64,000 nucleotides of DNA from IMG/VR virus record IMGVR_UViG_2740892119_000002, one strand, 5' to 3'. This DNA comes from a virus (lineage: Duplodnaviria; Heunggongvirae; Uroviricota; Caudoviricetes). Positions 10,639 through 19,451 of the stretch are shown piece by piece. The position numbers were made by a program, and so were the translations under genes. The notes beneath the pieces are model-generated. The model was not told where the DNA came from. It saw nothing but the letters and a program-made list of their open reading frames with translations, and did no database searches. Numbering within the stretch: the stretch's first letter is position 1; every line of letters begins with the position of its first letter.

Positions 10639-11103
10639 TCACCCTCCTTTACCCTGAAGCATGGCGTCGCTCCGCTCTATACCATCCAGCGCGATTCGCA
10701 GTGCCTGAATTGTGGTAGTGCTATCGTTTGGGGCTATTCCATATCGCTCGAATACAGCTAAATGGTTGCGCATAATCTCAGGCGTAAGCTCTTTGTAAGC
10801 ATAAGCAAGAGGCTCTGATGCATTATCCGGCACAACCGACGCAGGCGCGGCAGCATAAACAGGAATAACGTCCGCTTGCTCTTTATTGCTTTCATCCGTT
10901 AAAGCCCAGAATAATTTCCCGGCCGGATGTTTGAAAATATAAGCAACTGGTTCTGCACTATCAGCTTCGCGCCGCTTCTGTAGCTCTGCTGCCATTGCTC
11001 TCACGACTTCAACTGGTGCCCTTGCGGCAAACTCTATGTTGGTGATCAGCTCATTAAGATATTGCTCGCTGGGATACTGTTTCTTATTGGTAATAGTGGT
11101 CAT
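10639..11103 (-). CDS. acidic hypothetical protein (154 aa)
   Basis: ORF; MTTIT N-terminus paralogous to 9544..10431. Confidence 0.5.
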   Translation of the reverse strand: MTTITNKKQYPSEQYLNELITNIEFAARAPVEVVRAMAAELQKRREADSAEPVAYIFKHPAGKLFWALTDESNKEQADVIPVYAAAPASVVPDNASEPLAYAYKELTPEIMRNHLAVFERYGIAPNDSTTTIQALRIALDGIERSDAMLQGKGG

Positions 11104-11687
11104 GCCGCGTTTCCTTCTTTCTTATTAACAATTACACCGTCATATATTTCATTAAGGTGCCCTCTCAACTCCATGCGCCTTAATGCAGATAACATGTAAT
11201 CGCATTCAACCTGCTTATTTCCAGTAAATGGCTTATCGTCAGGATTACCCCAACAGCAATTACCCTTGGGCCACCCATGTACTTTCCGTACTCTTCCGTT
11301 AACAACGTGAAGTAATCCCCAGCCAGGTGGTAAATCCTCAATTGAAATAATTCCCGGCTCACTAATAAAGAATCGCCAGTCGCCCATTCCAAGAGACGGA
11401 TTTTTACGAAAACGCTTTTTTCTATCTGCCAACAAGTCAGCACGAGAACACTTCGCCTCTATCAGGCATGATGCTGAATTTCTGAATCCCATAGCATCTG
11501 GCTGTTCTCCGGTACTGGTTACAGCTATAAAGCGGTCATGAAAACAAACCTTGAACCCGTTGCGCTTAAGGAACTTGTACGCAATCTGACAGAGTTCGCG
11601 GTGTGTTAACGCCATATCACTCTCCTTTAGTGCGCAAGTGGTTTTTCCAGCGGTTTTGCGCCGCGCTGGGCTTTTTGCAAAAACCAC
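11100..11687 (-). CDS. putative PD-(D/E)xK-fold nuclease-like protein (start probably MALTHRELCQ)
   Basis: PDAMGF...CLIEAKCS resembles a D...E-x-K catalytic motif; inference only. Confidence 0.45.
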   Translation of the reverse strand: MVFAKSPARRKTAGKTTCALKESDMALTHRELCQIAYKFLKRNGFKVCFHDRFIAVTSTGEQPDAMGFRNSASCLIEAKCSRADLLADRKKRFRKNPSLGMGDWRFFISEPGIISIEDLPPGWGLLHVVNGRVRKVHGWPKGNCCWGNPDDKPFTGNKQVECDYMLSALRRMELRGHLNEIYDGVIVNKKEGNAA

Positions 11688-11977
11688 AATCCATCATCCC
11701 GTAATATTTCATCAACCCCATCCGTCGGTTGCTGAGTCTCACCCACTGCCAGACGCCAGGAGCGTTTCTACGAACTAACAGAATCTTTGCTTTACGGTTT
11801 TTCATCGCTTTGCTCTCCTGCGTCTCTTTGCTGCTCGTCGTGCCGCTGCAATACCGGTATGGCGGCGCTTTGGTGCCGGGATGATGTTGTCAGCCATCAG
11901 GACATGTGGCTTTGCAATTAGCGCAGAAGCCCAAAAACGAGTCGGGTACGGTAACAAGCCGATACATGCCACACGCA

Positions 11978-12766
11978 TTACTCACCTCCTTTGATGCGAA
12001 TGCCTGCGGCGCGGATTGCAGCGATGACTTCAGAAACTTTGTATGCCATTACCGTTTGGTAATCATCGTGAAAATCTGTTCGATGAAGCATGCTGCTACG
12101 TTCCGGGAGCGATATTTCCCGAGCATCCAGTTCCTTAACGCGTTCCTCCAGTTCGTAGACCCTGCATTGTTCTCTATCATCAATCAGATATAACCCAAGA
12201 CATTCGCTTTCTACCCAACCGCCAAAATCATGATCGTAACGCTCACATGAAAACTCACCGTCACCGTCCTTTGTTGGAATGGTGTAACTATCTAATGGGC
12301 CACCATATGTCGGCACATTTCCCAATGTTGGATGCTCAATCCACATGAAAAATGCACGTCCGGTTATTGGGCAAATATCTGGCCGCCATTGGTTACGAAC
12401 AGCCTTGGTTTCGGATAATTCTTCAGCGTGTTGTTTTACTTCCTCAAGCTCAACTCTCAGCTTCCCTACCGTTAGCGCAATATCCTCGTTCTCCTGATCG
12501 CGGCGTTTTATGTATTGCTGGTTTCTTTCCCGTTCATCCAGTAGTGCCAAAGCAACCTTTGGGTTGAACGCGGCAACATAACGAGCGTTGTTCTCTGCAT
12601 TTTTCTGTCCATCAAAGCCGGTCCATTTGATAACGTCTTCACATCGTTCATCACCGGGCGTGTGCACCGCATAAGTACCAGTATCCGTCGAAATAAATGC
12701 GACCCATTCGTCTGGTGTTGCCTTTTCTGCTATCTCACGCAGCGCCTGATAGTCAATCTTGCTCAC
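11978..12766 (-). CDS. Ead/Ea22-like protein (262 aa)
   Basis: N-terminus DYQALREIAEKATPDEWVAFIS...NARYVAAFNPKVALALL typical of lambdoid Ead/Ea22-like proteins. Confidence 0.6.
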   Translation of the reverse strand: MSKIDYQALREIAEKATPDEWVAFISTDTGTYAVHTPGDERCEDVIKWTGFDGQKNAENNARYVAAFNPKVALALLDERERNQQYIKRRDQENEDIALTVGKLRVELEEVKQHAEELSETKAVRNQWRPDICPITGRAFFMWIEHPTLGNVPTYGGPLDSYTIPTKDGDGEFSCERYDHDFGGWVESECLGLYLIDDREQCRVYELEERVKELDAREISLPERSSMLHRTDFHDDYQTVMAYKVSEVIAAIRAAGIRIKGGE

Positions 12767-13497
12767 TGGTCGCCTCCTTTGCGAAGCTGTTCAGCAATAC
12801 TTACGCATATCTCTGCGCCTCTAATCAGCCCCGGAACGTTCTTGTTTGGCCCCACTTCACCATCAACAAAATCAATCATCGCGTTACGAGCCATATCTAC
12901 CCCCTGCGCCCGCACTTCAGCCAGGCATTTGCGAAACTCGGAAACGTACTGTTCGACGCTCATTCCCCAGCTAAGTGGACATTCATTGAATGTTTCGCCT
13001 TCGTGCTCTTCATCAGGTAGCTCTTTGGTAAAGAACTCACGCTCAATGGCGTGGAGTGTGTCAGCAAAACGACGTAAGTTACTCAAACCTACCGTAATGG
13101 AGAATTCAGGAGCATCACATCCGACGCCCATCTGCTGATAAACGGCGGTTTTGAAGGCCTTAAGCCCCGCATTCTCCGCCACCAGCGCCGCGAGATTAGT
13201 CTCAAGCTCTGCAATTCGACACATAGCATCAATATTTGTGTCCTCCAGGCGCTTAATTTCACCAAGCAGCTCCAGTGCAACCTTTGGGTTGAACGCGGCA
13301 ACATAACGAGCGTTATTCTCTGCGTTTTCCTGTCCATCAAAGCCGGGCCATTTGATAACGTCTCCACATCGTTTATCACCGGGTGTATGCACCGCATATG
13401 TACCAGTACCCGGCGAAATAAATGCGACCCATTCGTCTGGTGTTGCCTTTTCTGCCGCCTCACGCAGTACCTGATAGTCAATTGTCATTCTCGCCAT
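12763..13497 (-). CDS. Ead/Ea22-like paralog (244 aa) with a different C-terminal domain
   Basis: N-terminal 80 aa about 85-90 percent identical to 11978..12766; about 210-bp direct DNA repeat. Confidence 0.6.
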   Translation of the reverse strand: MARMTIDYQVLREAAEKATPDEWVAFISPGTGTYAVHTPGDKRCGDVIKWPGFDGQENAENNARYVAAFNPKVALELLGEIKRLEDTNIDAMCRIAELETNLAALVAENAGLKAFKTAVYQQMGVGCDAPEFSITVGLSNLRRFADTLHAIEREFFTKELPDEEHEGETFNECPLSWGMSVEQYVSEFRKCLAEVRAQGVDMARNAMIDFVDGEVGPNKNVPGLIRGAEICVSIAEQLRKGGDQ

Positions 13498-14129
13498 CCT
13501 TCACAGTTGTAATCACGACAGCCTTCAAAATCATATGGGCTGTACTGCCAGGTGATTTTTCCGCAATGCGGACAATTCCAACGCACCTTCCCGCTTCGCG
13601 ACTTCTTTCTTCTGTTCTGCTTTTTCAACCAGTCAGGCATGACCAAACCTGCGCCCTGAACCATTGTTCTGCGGTTAAATTTATTGATATTGAACGTCCG
13701 GCGCTTTGCTGCATCAGCAATGGAAAATGGCAACCAAACTATTCCTGGTTCGTTTTTGTTGGCGACGCTAAAGATGGTCGCTTTACTGAAGTCATCTGTT
13801 GGCAATCCACCGTGTTGAAGCCAGTAAACATCGTTGCCGTTCCAGCTACCTTTTTTGTAGGCCACATACGCAGTGCAATCTGACTCAATCAGGCTTTCTG
13901 TAGGGATGTACTGGCAATCAACGTGCCACACTGCCATTGCATCCACGCTATCCGCGCAAACAGGCTGATCGATATCTCGCCCACAATTCCAGGCTTTTTG
14001 GGCTTCTTCCAGCGTGTAAACATGAGCGCGATCGATATCAGAACTGTAACCATTGCCGTTATGGCAATGGAATGAGGCGTTATTACCCACAGTTTCACGC
14101 AAGCACATCAGGTAAAAGCGGTTATTCAC
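13485..14129 (-). CDS. hypothetical protein (214 aa) with C-terminal CPHCG zinc ribbon
   Basis: ORF; CxxC...C.EGW C-terminus. Confidence 0.5.
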   Translation of the reverse strand: MNNRFYLMCLRETVGNNASFHCHNGNGYSSDIDRAHVYTLEEAQKAWNCGRDIDQPVCADSVDAMAVWHVDCQYIPTESLIESDCTAYVAYKKGSWNGNDVYWLQHGGLPTDDFSKATIFSVANKNEPGIVWLPFSIADAAKRRTFNINKFNRRTMVQGAGLVMPDWLKKQNRRKKSRSGKVRWNCPHCGKITWQYSPYDFEGCRDYNCEGWRE

Positions 14130-14406
14130 TGGTTGCCTCCGCTTCCCACGTTTTCAGACTTTCACCACAGAACGGGCAAAATGAAACTCGAATAGGCGAT
14201 TTAGAAAATTCACCAGACCGCAGCATGATCAGGTCTTGTGAATGAATTAATGCATGGTTATAGATTTTGTATTTCAGCAGACCTTTTCGCGTCGTGTATT
14301 CAGCGTCATGCTCCAGGGATTGCGTCAACGCCGCGCACGGTTCTATCTTGTTGCCATTAATTTGGCATTTTGACTCACTCACTGGTTGCCCCCTGAATAC
14401 GCTCAA
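14122..14406 (-). CDS. small hypothetical protein (94 aa) with CPFCG motif
   Basis: ORF overlapping its neighbours. Confidence 0.35.
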   Translation of the reverse strand: MSVFRGQPVSESKCQINGNKIEPCAALTQSLEHDAEYTTRKGLLKYKIYNHALIHSQDLIMLRSGEFSKSPIRVSFCPFCGESLKTWEAEATSE

Positions 14407-15115
14407 ACTCGATTACCCACACCCAGGGATTAGCGTTCCAGCATTCTTCACCATAGATGGATTCCCACAGGCGCTGGAACGCAACCTTGGCCATTGCGAA
14501 ATCTCCCTTGGGAGTTAGGAATGTTCCCGGGTGATCAGGAAGCAAACTTCCAGCAGGCTGAACGCCCTCATCCCTTGCATCGCATTCGCTGATATCGTTC
14601 AACCGCTCAACGCGCACGTTGGTAATTTCCAACAGGATGCGTGATGCCCATCGCGGCATGTGAATTGATGGACGCCACCCACCATCAAACTTTTCATTCA
14701 CAGTGTGAGGTTTCCAGTCGGCATCATCGGGTATCGACCATAAACCGTAATCACCAGGTTTTTGCTCACAACTGGCCCGATAAATCCTTGCTGCGTTCTT
14801 CTCATCGCCACGACAAAGGTTGTCGTTCCAGTCCACACTGCAACCATCTTCATTGCCTAATATCGCCCATGTTTCACGAACCCAAATTCGATCGCCGACG
14901 ATACCAAAGGGGCAATTGAAAACACTGCTTACACCATCAGCCCCGTACCACTGAAAACCTGCACCAATTTCCCTAACCATCACTGGTGCTTCTGGACCAA
15001 CTTCCGCAGGCTGATTTTTCATTATCCGCCGCGTCTGCGTTTTCCTTCCTTCGAGGATGGCTCGGACCATCTCATCGTTGAAAATCATGCCGCGCTCTTT
15101 CACTTCGCCTTTCAT
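14375..15115 (-). CDS. ASCH/PUA-like phage protein (246 aa)
   Basis: N-terminal MIFNDEMVRAILEGRKTQTRR resembles the ASCH-domain signature. Confidence 0.5.
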   Translation of the reverse strand: MKGEVKERGMIFNDEMVRAILEGRKTQTRRIMKNQPAEVGPEAPVMVREIGAGFQWYGADGVSSVFNCPFGIVGDRIWVRETWAILGNEDGCSVDWNDNLCRGDEKNAARIYRASCEQKPGDYGLWSIPDDADWKPHTVNEKFDGGWRPSIHMPRWASRILLEITNVRVERLNDISECDARDEGVQPAGSLLPDHPGTFLTPKGDFAMAKVAFQRLWESIYGEECWNANPWVWVIEFERIQGATSE

Positions 15116-15124
15116 GCATCCCCC

Positions 15125-15211
15125 TTACCCATGCGCGACGATGCCGCCAAAAGTGATAGAGAACAGCCAGAAATAAATCGCGGCCATAATGATTTTGAAT
15201 GCCGTGTTCAT
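15125..15211 (-). CDS. 28-aa hydrophobic peptide MNTAFKIIMAAIYFWLFSITFGGIVAHG
   Basis: SD CAGGAG upstream; below the ORF-track cutoff; could be fortuitous. Confidence 0.25.
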   Translation of the reverse strand: MNTAFKIIMAAIYFWLFSITFGGIVAHG

Positions 15212-15294
15212 ATTTTCAGCTCCTGTGATTGATTGGATACATGCCGCGCCTTACGGCATGTTTTTATTTTCACTTTCTCTGTTTTAAAAATCAA

Positions 15295-15310
15295 GATTTA
15301 TTAGAGCAAT
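15295..15310. promoter_or_regulatory. C1 operator (16/17 match, reverse orientation)
   Basis: GATTTATTAGAGCAAT = reverse complement of ATTGCTCTAATAAATC. Confidence 0.6.
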
Positions 15311-15816
15311 TATTGTTGATGGAGAAGCGCGTTTTCATACTCCCTGACCATTAACGTAAGTACGCCGTGACTCCTGAAAACACGCGCCACTTCAATCTTA
15401 TCTTCCAGCGCGAACGCAATTTTACTTAGACCAATTTTCTTCAGGAGATCAATCTTTGCTGGACCGTCATTTCTGTCATCGGTGGCAGGACGCATAGATA
15501 GCAAAGGCTCCGCCCCATTTGTTACGTGCTTACGCAACCAGGCTCGTGTTTTATCCCTGGCTATCTCACAGCGCCCGGTTACAAACCAGAGGGTGTAAAT
15601 GCCGGACAACTGGCGCACCATATCAATAACTGGAGTGATGGGAGCATCAGTGTCACAGGCAAGGTTAAACTCGTTCCAGTGCTCTGTTAATGCACCTTTG
15701 CCAGGTGGTGGAAGTAAATGCAGCCTGTCTTCCGTTGCCTCTGATATCGTCCCATCAATATCTACTATGACGATGTACGGACGTTCCTGGTGTGCGTGTT
15801 TATTGAAAATACTCAA
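15310..15816 (-). CDS. HAD-superfamily phosphatase (168 aa), polynucleotide-3'-phosphatase-like
   Basis: Motif I IVIVDIDGTISE (DxDGT). Confidence 0.6.
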   Translation of the reverse strand: MSIFNKHAHQERPYIVIVDIDGTISEATEDRLHLLPPPGKGALTEHWNEFNLACDTDAPITPVIDMVRQLSGIYTLWFVTGRCEIARDKTRAWLRKHVTNGAEPLLSMRPATDDRNDGPAKIDLLKKIGLSKIAFALEDKIEVARVFRSHGVLTLMVREYENALLHQQ

Positions 15817-15888
15817 ATGCCCTCCTCATTGGACGAAAAAAATGCTGGTGGGAGCACTCCACCAGCATTAAAAGTGACACTGTAACTA

Positions 15889-17151
15889 TCAGCGAACGTA
15901 AATAGTGCCGCCGTTCTCTTTTTCCCATGCATCGCTACGTGCATAGCAAACATCGAGAAGTCTTCTTGCCGCAGTTTCCTCTAAACCCAATTCGACAACC
16001 AACTGCTCATGACGGCGGGTAACCACATCAAACAGGGTATGCAGCCCTTTAGTTGCCAGATCATCAATGAATTCCGGTTCGAACGGCAGCTCTGCATCTG
16101 CCAACATAACCTCTTGCGCCCACTCAACTCGACGGACCAATTCCGGGCGACGGCTTTCCATCTCTTTACAGATCAATTCATGGAAGAACTCTACCCAACC
16201 TTCCGGCTGGAACTCGCGGAAAATTGCCAACGGCTGGAAGTTTGGCATCAACCATTCGTTGATTCGGATATCAATGGCATAGCCCATGTCGCAGCAGAAC
16301 TGATAAGCAAAGTCCAGCTTAGAAACGATATAAGGACGCTCGTTATTGAACTCTTTAGGCGATGAGATCCCATAAGCCAGGAGGCGCGGGAAGAAGGAGA
16401 TTTGCCCTAACGTCGGATGAAGTTTGCTTGCAGGGAAACGGCGCTCAGTAATGCCATACATTTCCTTCTTGAGCGTCGCAAATTTGGCATTCTCATTAAC
16501 CAGCGCGGTAACCTCTGCTTTTTTATTAGCAAATGCCACGCGCGCCTCGCTTGCATCTTTAATAGTTTTTTTGAGCTGTTGGTTAAGGTCGGCGACCTGC
16601 TTACGCAGTTCCTGTCGCTCGCTTTTAGCTTTGTTATAGCGTTTCTCAAGGTTAAAAGGATCAAGTTTCATGATCTCTTTATATTGAGATTTTAGCGTTG
16701 AAATCTGTGAGTTCCGCAGTTCAACCATCGCGGTCATTTCATTGAGTTTTGTTTCCAGCTCAATGCTTATACGTTCGGCATTATCAGCACGCTGGTTGGC
16801 GTCATGCGTCGCATCGTCGATCGCGTCCTGTTGCTGGCGTTTCAAATGTTCAATTTCCAGCTGAAGCTCTTCAATTTCTTTACCCTTCAGACCGAGATCC
16901 AACTGCATATTTTCAGCTGCATCTACCAGGGAATTATGGCTATCAGCTTCTGCGTTATAAACATCAATAAGCTGTGCGTGAAGCATCTCCGCTGACTGAA
17001 CCGCATTATCAAAAAAACGTGCTGTGAGGTCATCACAACTAACGCGGCGTTGCGCGGCCCGGATGTTCTGGATAATGGCCGGGATACCGGCATTCAGGAC
17101 ATCAGGGATACATACATTTTCGATTGATTGGTTTTGTGCTGAAGTGCTCAT
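15889..17151 (-). CDS. hypothetical protein (420 aa): N-terminal coiled-coil half, C-terminal globular domain
   Basis: Heptad-rich residues 90-230; no catalytic motif recognised. Confidence 0.55.
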   Translation of the reverse strand: MSTSAQNQSIENVCIPDVLNAGIPAIIQNIRAAQRRVSCDDLTARFFDNAVQSAEMLHAQLIDVYNAEADSHNSLVDAAENMQLDLGLKGKEIEELQLEIEHLKRQQQDAIDDATHDANQRADNAERISIELETKLNEMTAMVELRNSQISTLKSQYKEIMKLDPFNLEKRYNKAKSERQELRKQVADLNQQLKKTIKDASEARVAFANKKAEVTALVNENAKFATLKKEMYGITERRFPASKLHPTLGQISFFPRLLAYGISSPKEFNNERPYIVSKLDFAYQFCCDMGYAIDIRINEWLMPNFQPLAIFREFQPEGWVEFFHELICKEMESRRPELVRRVEWAQEVMLADAELPFEPEFIDDLATKGLHTLFDVVTRRHEQLVVELGLEETAARRLLDVCYARSDAWEKENGGTIYVR

Positions 17152-17152
17152 T

Positions 17153-17371
17153 TCAAAGTTCCGTATTAGCTTGTGCTTCGGTCATTTTTCCTAAGTATGA
17201 AGGAGGAAGGACTACGCAATTTGTATCCAGTCCCTCACCTATGGCAGCCTGTAAAATTCTGGCTAAGGTGAGTCTCTTGTTGCGATACCTGGTGATGACA
17301 TGCCTGATACCGCCGGTCGGCGTAACAAAGGCGATCAGCCAGTAGTGATATTTCCGTCGGAATGGCCACAT
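17153..17371 (-). CDS. small hypothetical protein (72 aa), first gene of the operator-controlled operon
   Basis: ORF 2 nt upstream of the 420-aa gene. Confidence 0.4.
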   Translation of the reverse strand: MWPFRRKYHYWLIAFVTPTGGIRHVITRYRNKRLTLARILQAAIGEGLDTNCVVLPPSYLGKMTEAQANTEL

Positions 17372-17385
17372 AGTGCACCTTGTAG

Positions 17386-17451
17386 ATTGCTCTAATAAAA
17401 AACGTGATGAGTGTACATCACGTTTTAAAAATATGGAATTATTAGAGCAAT
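17386..17451. promoter_or_regulatory. pair of inverted C1 operators (ATTGCTCTAATAAAA at 17386-17400; AATTATTAGAGCAAT at 17437-17451) flanking a hairpin
   Basis: Two operator copies in opposite orientation 37 bp apart, between two minus-strand transcription units. Confidence 0.6.
17396..17423 (-). terminator. rho-independent terminator-like hairpin (ACGTGATG...CATCACGT plus T-run on the minus strand)
   Basis: 8-bp perfect stem followed by TTTTTTATT on the minus strand, after the stop of gene 17453..18154. Confidence 0.5.
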
Positions 17452-17452
17452 A

Positions 17453-18154
17453 TTATTCTGATTCTCGCTCAAAAAATGAGCTGATAAGGGGAAGCCAATC
17501 CTCTGACACTTCGCGAGGTCGCGGTTTGCCGTGGAAAAAGATTATTCGGCAGTCTTTTGGTAATGCCCCATTCCCCCTGGAGTAACGCGCGCTCGCATAT
17601 TTTGAACCAGGTTCCACAACATCGGCCTTGTAACTTACAAACCATCCTGGATACAGATCCTGAAATGCTGGTGTATCATCGCCCATAACCTTTCGTAAGA
17701 ACCCCTGGTCACCCCAACACTCAGTAGTGACACAACGAGAAATCCAACCTTCCGGATCTTGCCAGAATGAACTCCAGATATGCGCTTTAACACTATTTGG
17801 TATCCACAGGGCACCGCTGCCACGATATTGTGGATGGTAAAAATCCCTAAGCATGGTGAAGCTGGTTGGTGGATGCTCTAGGATTGGGCGTATATCACCG
17901 GCAATAACCGTGTCCAAATCCAGATAGAACAGATCATCGGTTATATCCGGTCGGAACAACTCGATTTTCGCCCACCAGCCACGGCACTTTTGCCACTGGT
18001 TGATCAATGGGACAACTTTGACGCCAGGTACATGTAAACGCTTCAGGTCTGTCAGGCAAATAATTTCATAGCCTTTTGGCAGTTGATTAACCAGCCACTG
18101 CACATCGGAAGCGTTATAGTCACCACCAGAGCGAAAAACTAAAGCAATCTTCAT
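17453..18154 (-). CDS. putative GT-A-fold glycosyltransferase (233 aa) with DxD motif
   Basis: [10 protein letters not shown] hydrophobic-DxD signature; assignment by motif only. Confidence 0.45.
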   Translation of the reverse strand: MKIALVFRSGGDYNASDVQWLVNQLPKGYEIICLTDLKRLHVPGVKVVPLINQWQKCRGWWAKIELFRPDITDDLFYLDLDTVIAGDIRPILEHPPTSFTMLRDFYHPQYRGSGALWIPNSVKAHIWSSFWQDPEGWISRCVTTECWGDQGFLRKVMGDDTPAFQDLYPGWFVSYKADVVEPGSKYASARYSRGNGALPKDCRIIFFHGKPRPREVSEDWLPLISSFFERESE

Positions 18155-18843
18155 GCTGCACCATCACCTTTCACTTTCATCAATGTCAGGTTTCCGCAAA
18201 ATACGGCACCAGTGTCGATATACTGCTGATTCCAGAATGTCTTCGGGCTTTTCACCGGAGTGTGACCAAAGATAAAACGATCTGCGCCCGAAATTTCGCC
18301 ACCAATATCATCCATCGAATCACTGATACGCTCGCGCGCCCAGACAACGTTGAAAAGCGGCACCTCCTTACCGAATTGGTATTCATTATCCGGATAGTCG
18401 GCATGGGCTATAACGATAGTTTCTTGCCCGGTGTTCAACTCAATGATATAGGGCAGACGCTTTACCAGCTCCACCAGCGCCCAGGCTAATATTTCCTGAT
18501 CAGTGTCCAGCATGAAGAACCATTGTCCGCCATTCATTAGCCAGTTATTCACGTTGCCATCTGGACTTAACGCATCAATCATCAGCCGCTCATGGTTCCC
18601 CATCACTGCCCTGAACCAGGGCATCTGCAATAGTTCCAGACATTCGACATTTTCAGTACCGCGATCGATAAGGTCGCCGACCGATATCAGTAAATCCTGC
18701 GCCGGGTCAAAATCCACACGATGGAGTTCGGACATCAGTCTGGTGTAGCAACCATGCAGATCACCAACAACCCAGACATTCCTGTATTTGGTACCGTCGA
18801 TACGGTGATAAATTGTGGGTGCCATCATGTATTCTTCAGCCAT
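18151..18843 (-). CDS. Ser/Thr protein phosphatase, lambda-PPase-type metallophosphatase
   Basis: GDLHG, GDLIDRG, GNHE metallophosphoesterase motifs. Confidence 0.85.
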   Translation of the reverse strand: MAEEYMMAPTIYHRIDGTKYRNVWVVGDLHGCYTRLMSELHRVDFDPAQDLLISVGDLIDRGTENVECLELLQMPWFRAVMGNHERLMIDALSPDGNVNNWLMNGGQWFFMLDTDQEILAWALVELVKRLPYIIELNTGQETIVIAHADYPDNEYQFGKEVPLFNVVWARERISDSMDDIGGEISGADRFIFGHTPVKSPKTFWNQQYIDTGAVFCGNLTLMKVKGDGAA

Positions 18844-19451
18844 TCTTTAAGAGTCATCTGCGGAATACCTCCCATTTTCCCGCATGAAACAACGTCAATC
18901 CGTTCACGCGCAGACTGGAATAACAAAGGCAGGTGACTTAGATTTTTTGGCGTGCCGCCGGAGTGAACGCGTGGTTCTTGTGTAGCGTCAACGCCCACCA
19001 GGGCGACATGTTTGAATCCGATATGGAAAGCCAGGTTCAGAGCACCATATGCACTATTGCCGCTGGCAATTTCATTCTCATCTTCGCAAAGGCCGAAATG
19101 TGCGGACCAGCGCCACGCCCACCACTCGGGAGAATTCGTATTTTTTGGCTCCATGCCGCGTTCAGCCACACGACGGAAGCACAGAACGCCATCTCTGACT
19201 TCACGTTCTTTAACATCGGGTAGTGCCATGCAATAACAAACACCACGGCGACGGCGGCCACGACCAACGCGCCGCATATTGTCTGGGGATGGATCAAGGG
19301 TGAAAAAATAAGAAGCGCGGTTAAGCCAGTCGATGGCCCCATTGACCGCTATAATCGGCACTCCGCGCGGCGCAACAAAGTTTGCGGCGCTTGGGCCACT
19401 GCCGACGATAATAACGCGATCACTGCCTCTAAATTTATTCTTGGGAAACAT
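18825..19451 (-). CDS. Rossmann-like protein (208 aa), GT42/Maf/DUF115-like
   Basis: VIIVGSGPS...IIAVNGA...[11 protein letters not shown]...VALVGVD pattern resembling sialyltransferase-like GT42 / DUF115. Confidence 0.45.
   Translation of the reverse strand: MFPKNKFRGSDRVIIVGSGPSAANFVAPRGVPIIAVNGAIDWLNRASYFFTLDPSPDNMRRVGRGRRRRGVCYCMALPDVKEREVRDGVLCFRRVAERGMEPKNTNSPEWWAWRWSAHFGLCEDENEIASGNSAYGALNLAFHIGFKHVALVGVDATQEPRVHSGGTPKNLSHLPLLFQSARERIDVVSCGKMGGIPQMTLKEWLKNT

Noticed and set aside
11617-11805. 62-aa basic ORF overlapping the start of the PD-(D/E)xK-like gene
   Set aside because: Mostly overlaps the neighbouring gene in another frame and has no clear ribosome-binding site; kept out of the feature list.
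15889-17151. 420-aa coiled-coil protein considered as an SMC-like or abortive-infection ATPase
   Set aside because: No Walker A/B or other nucleotide-binding motif is visible; left as hypothetical.
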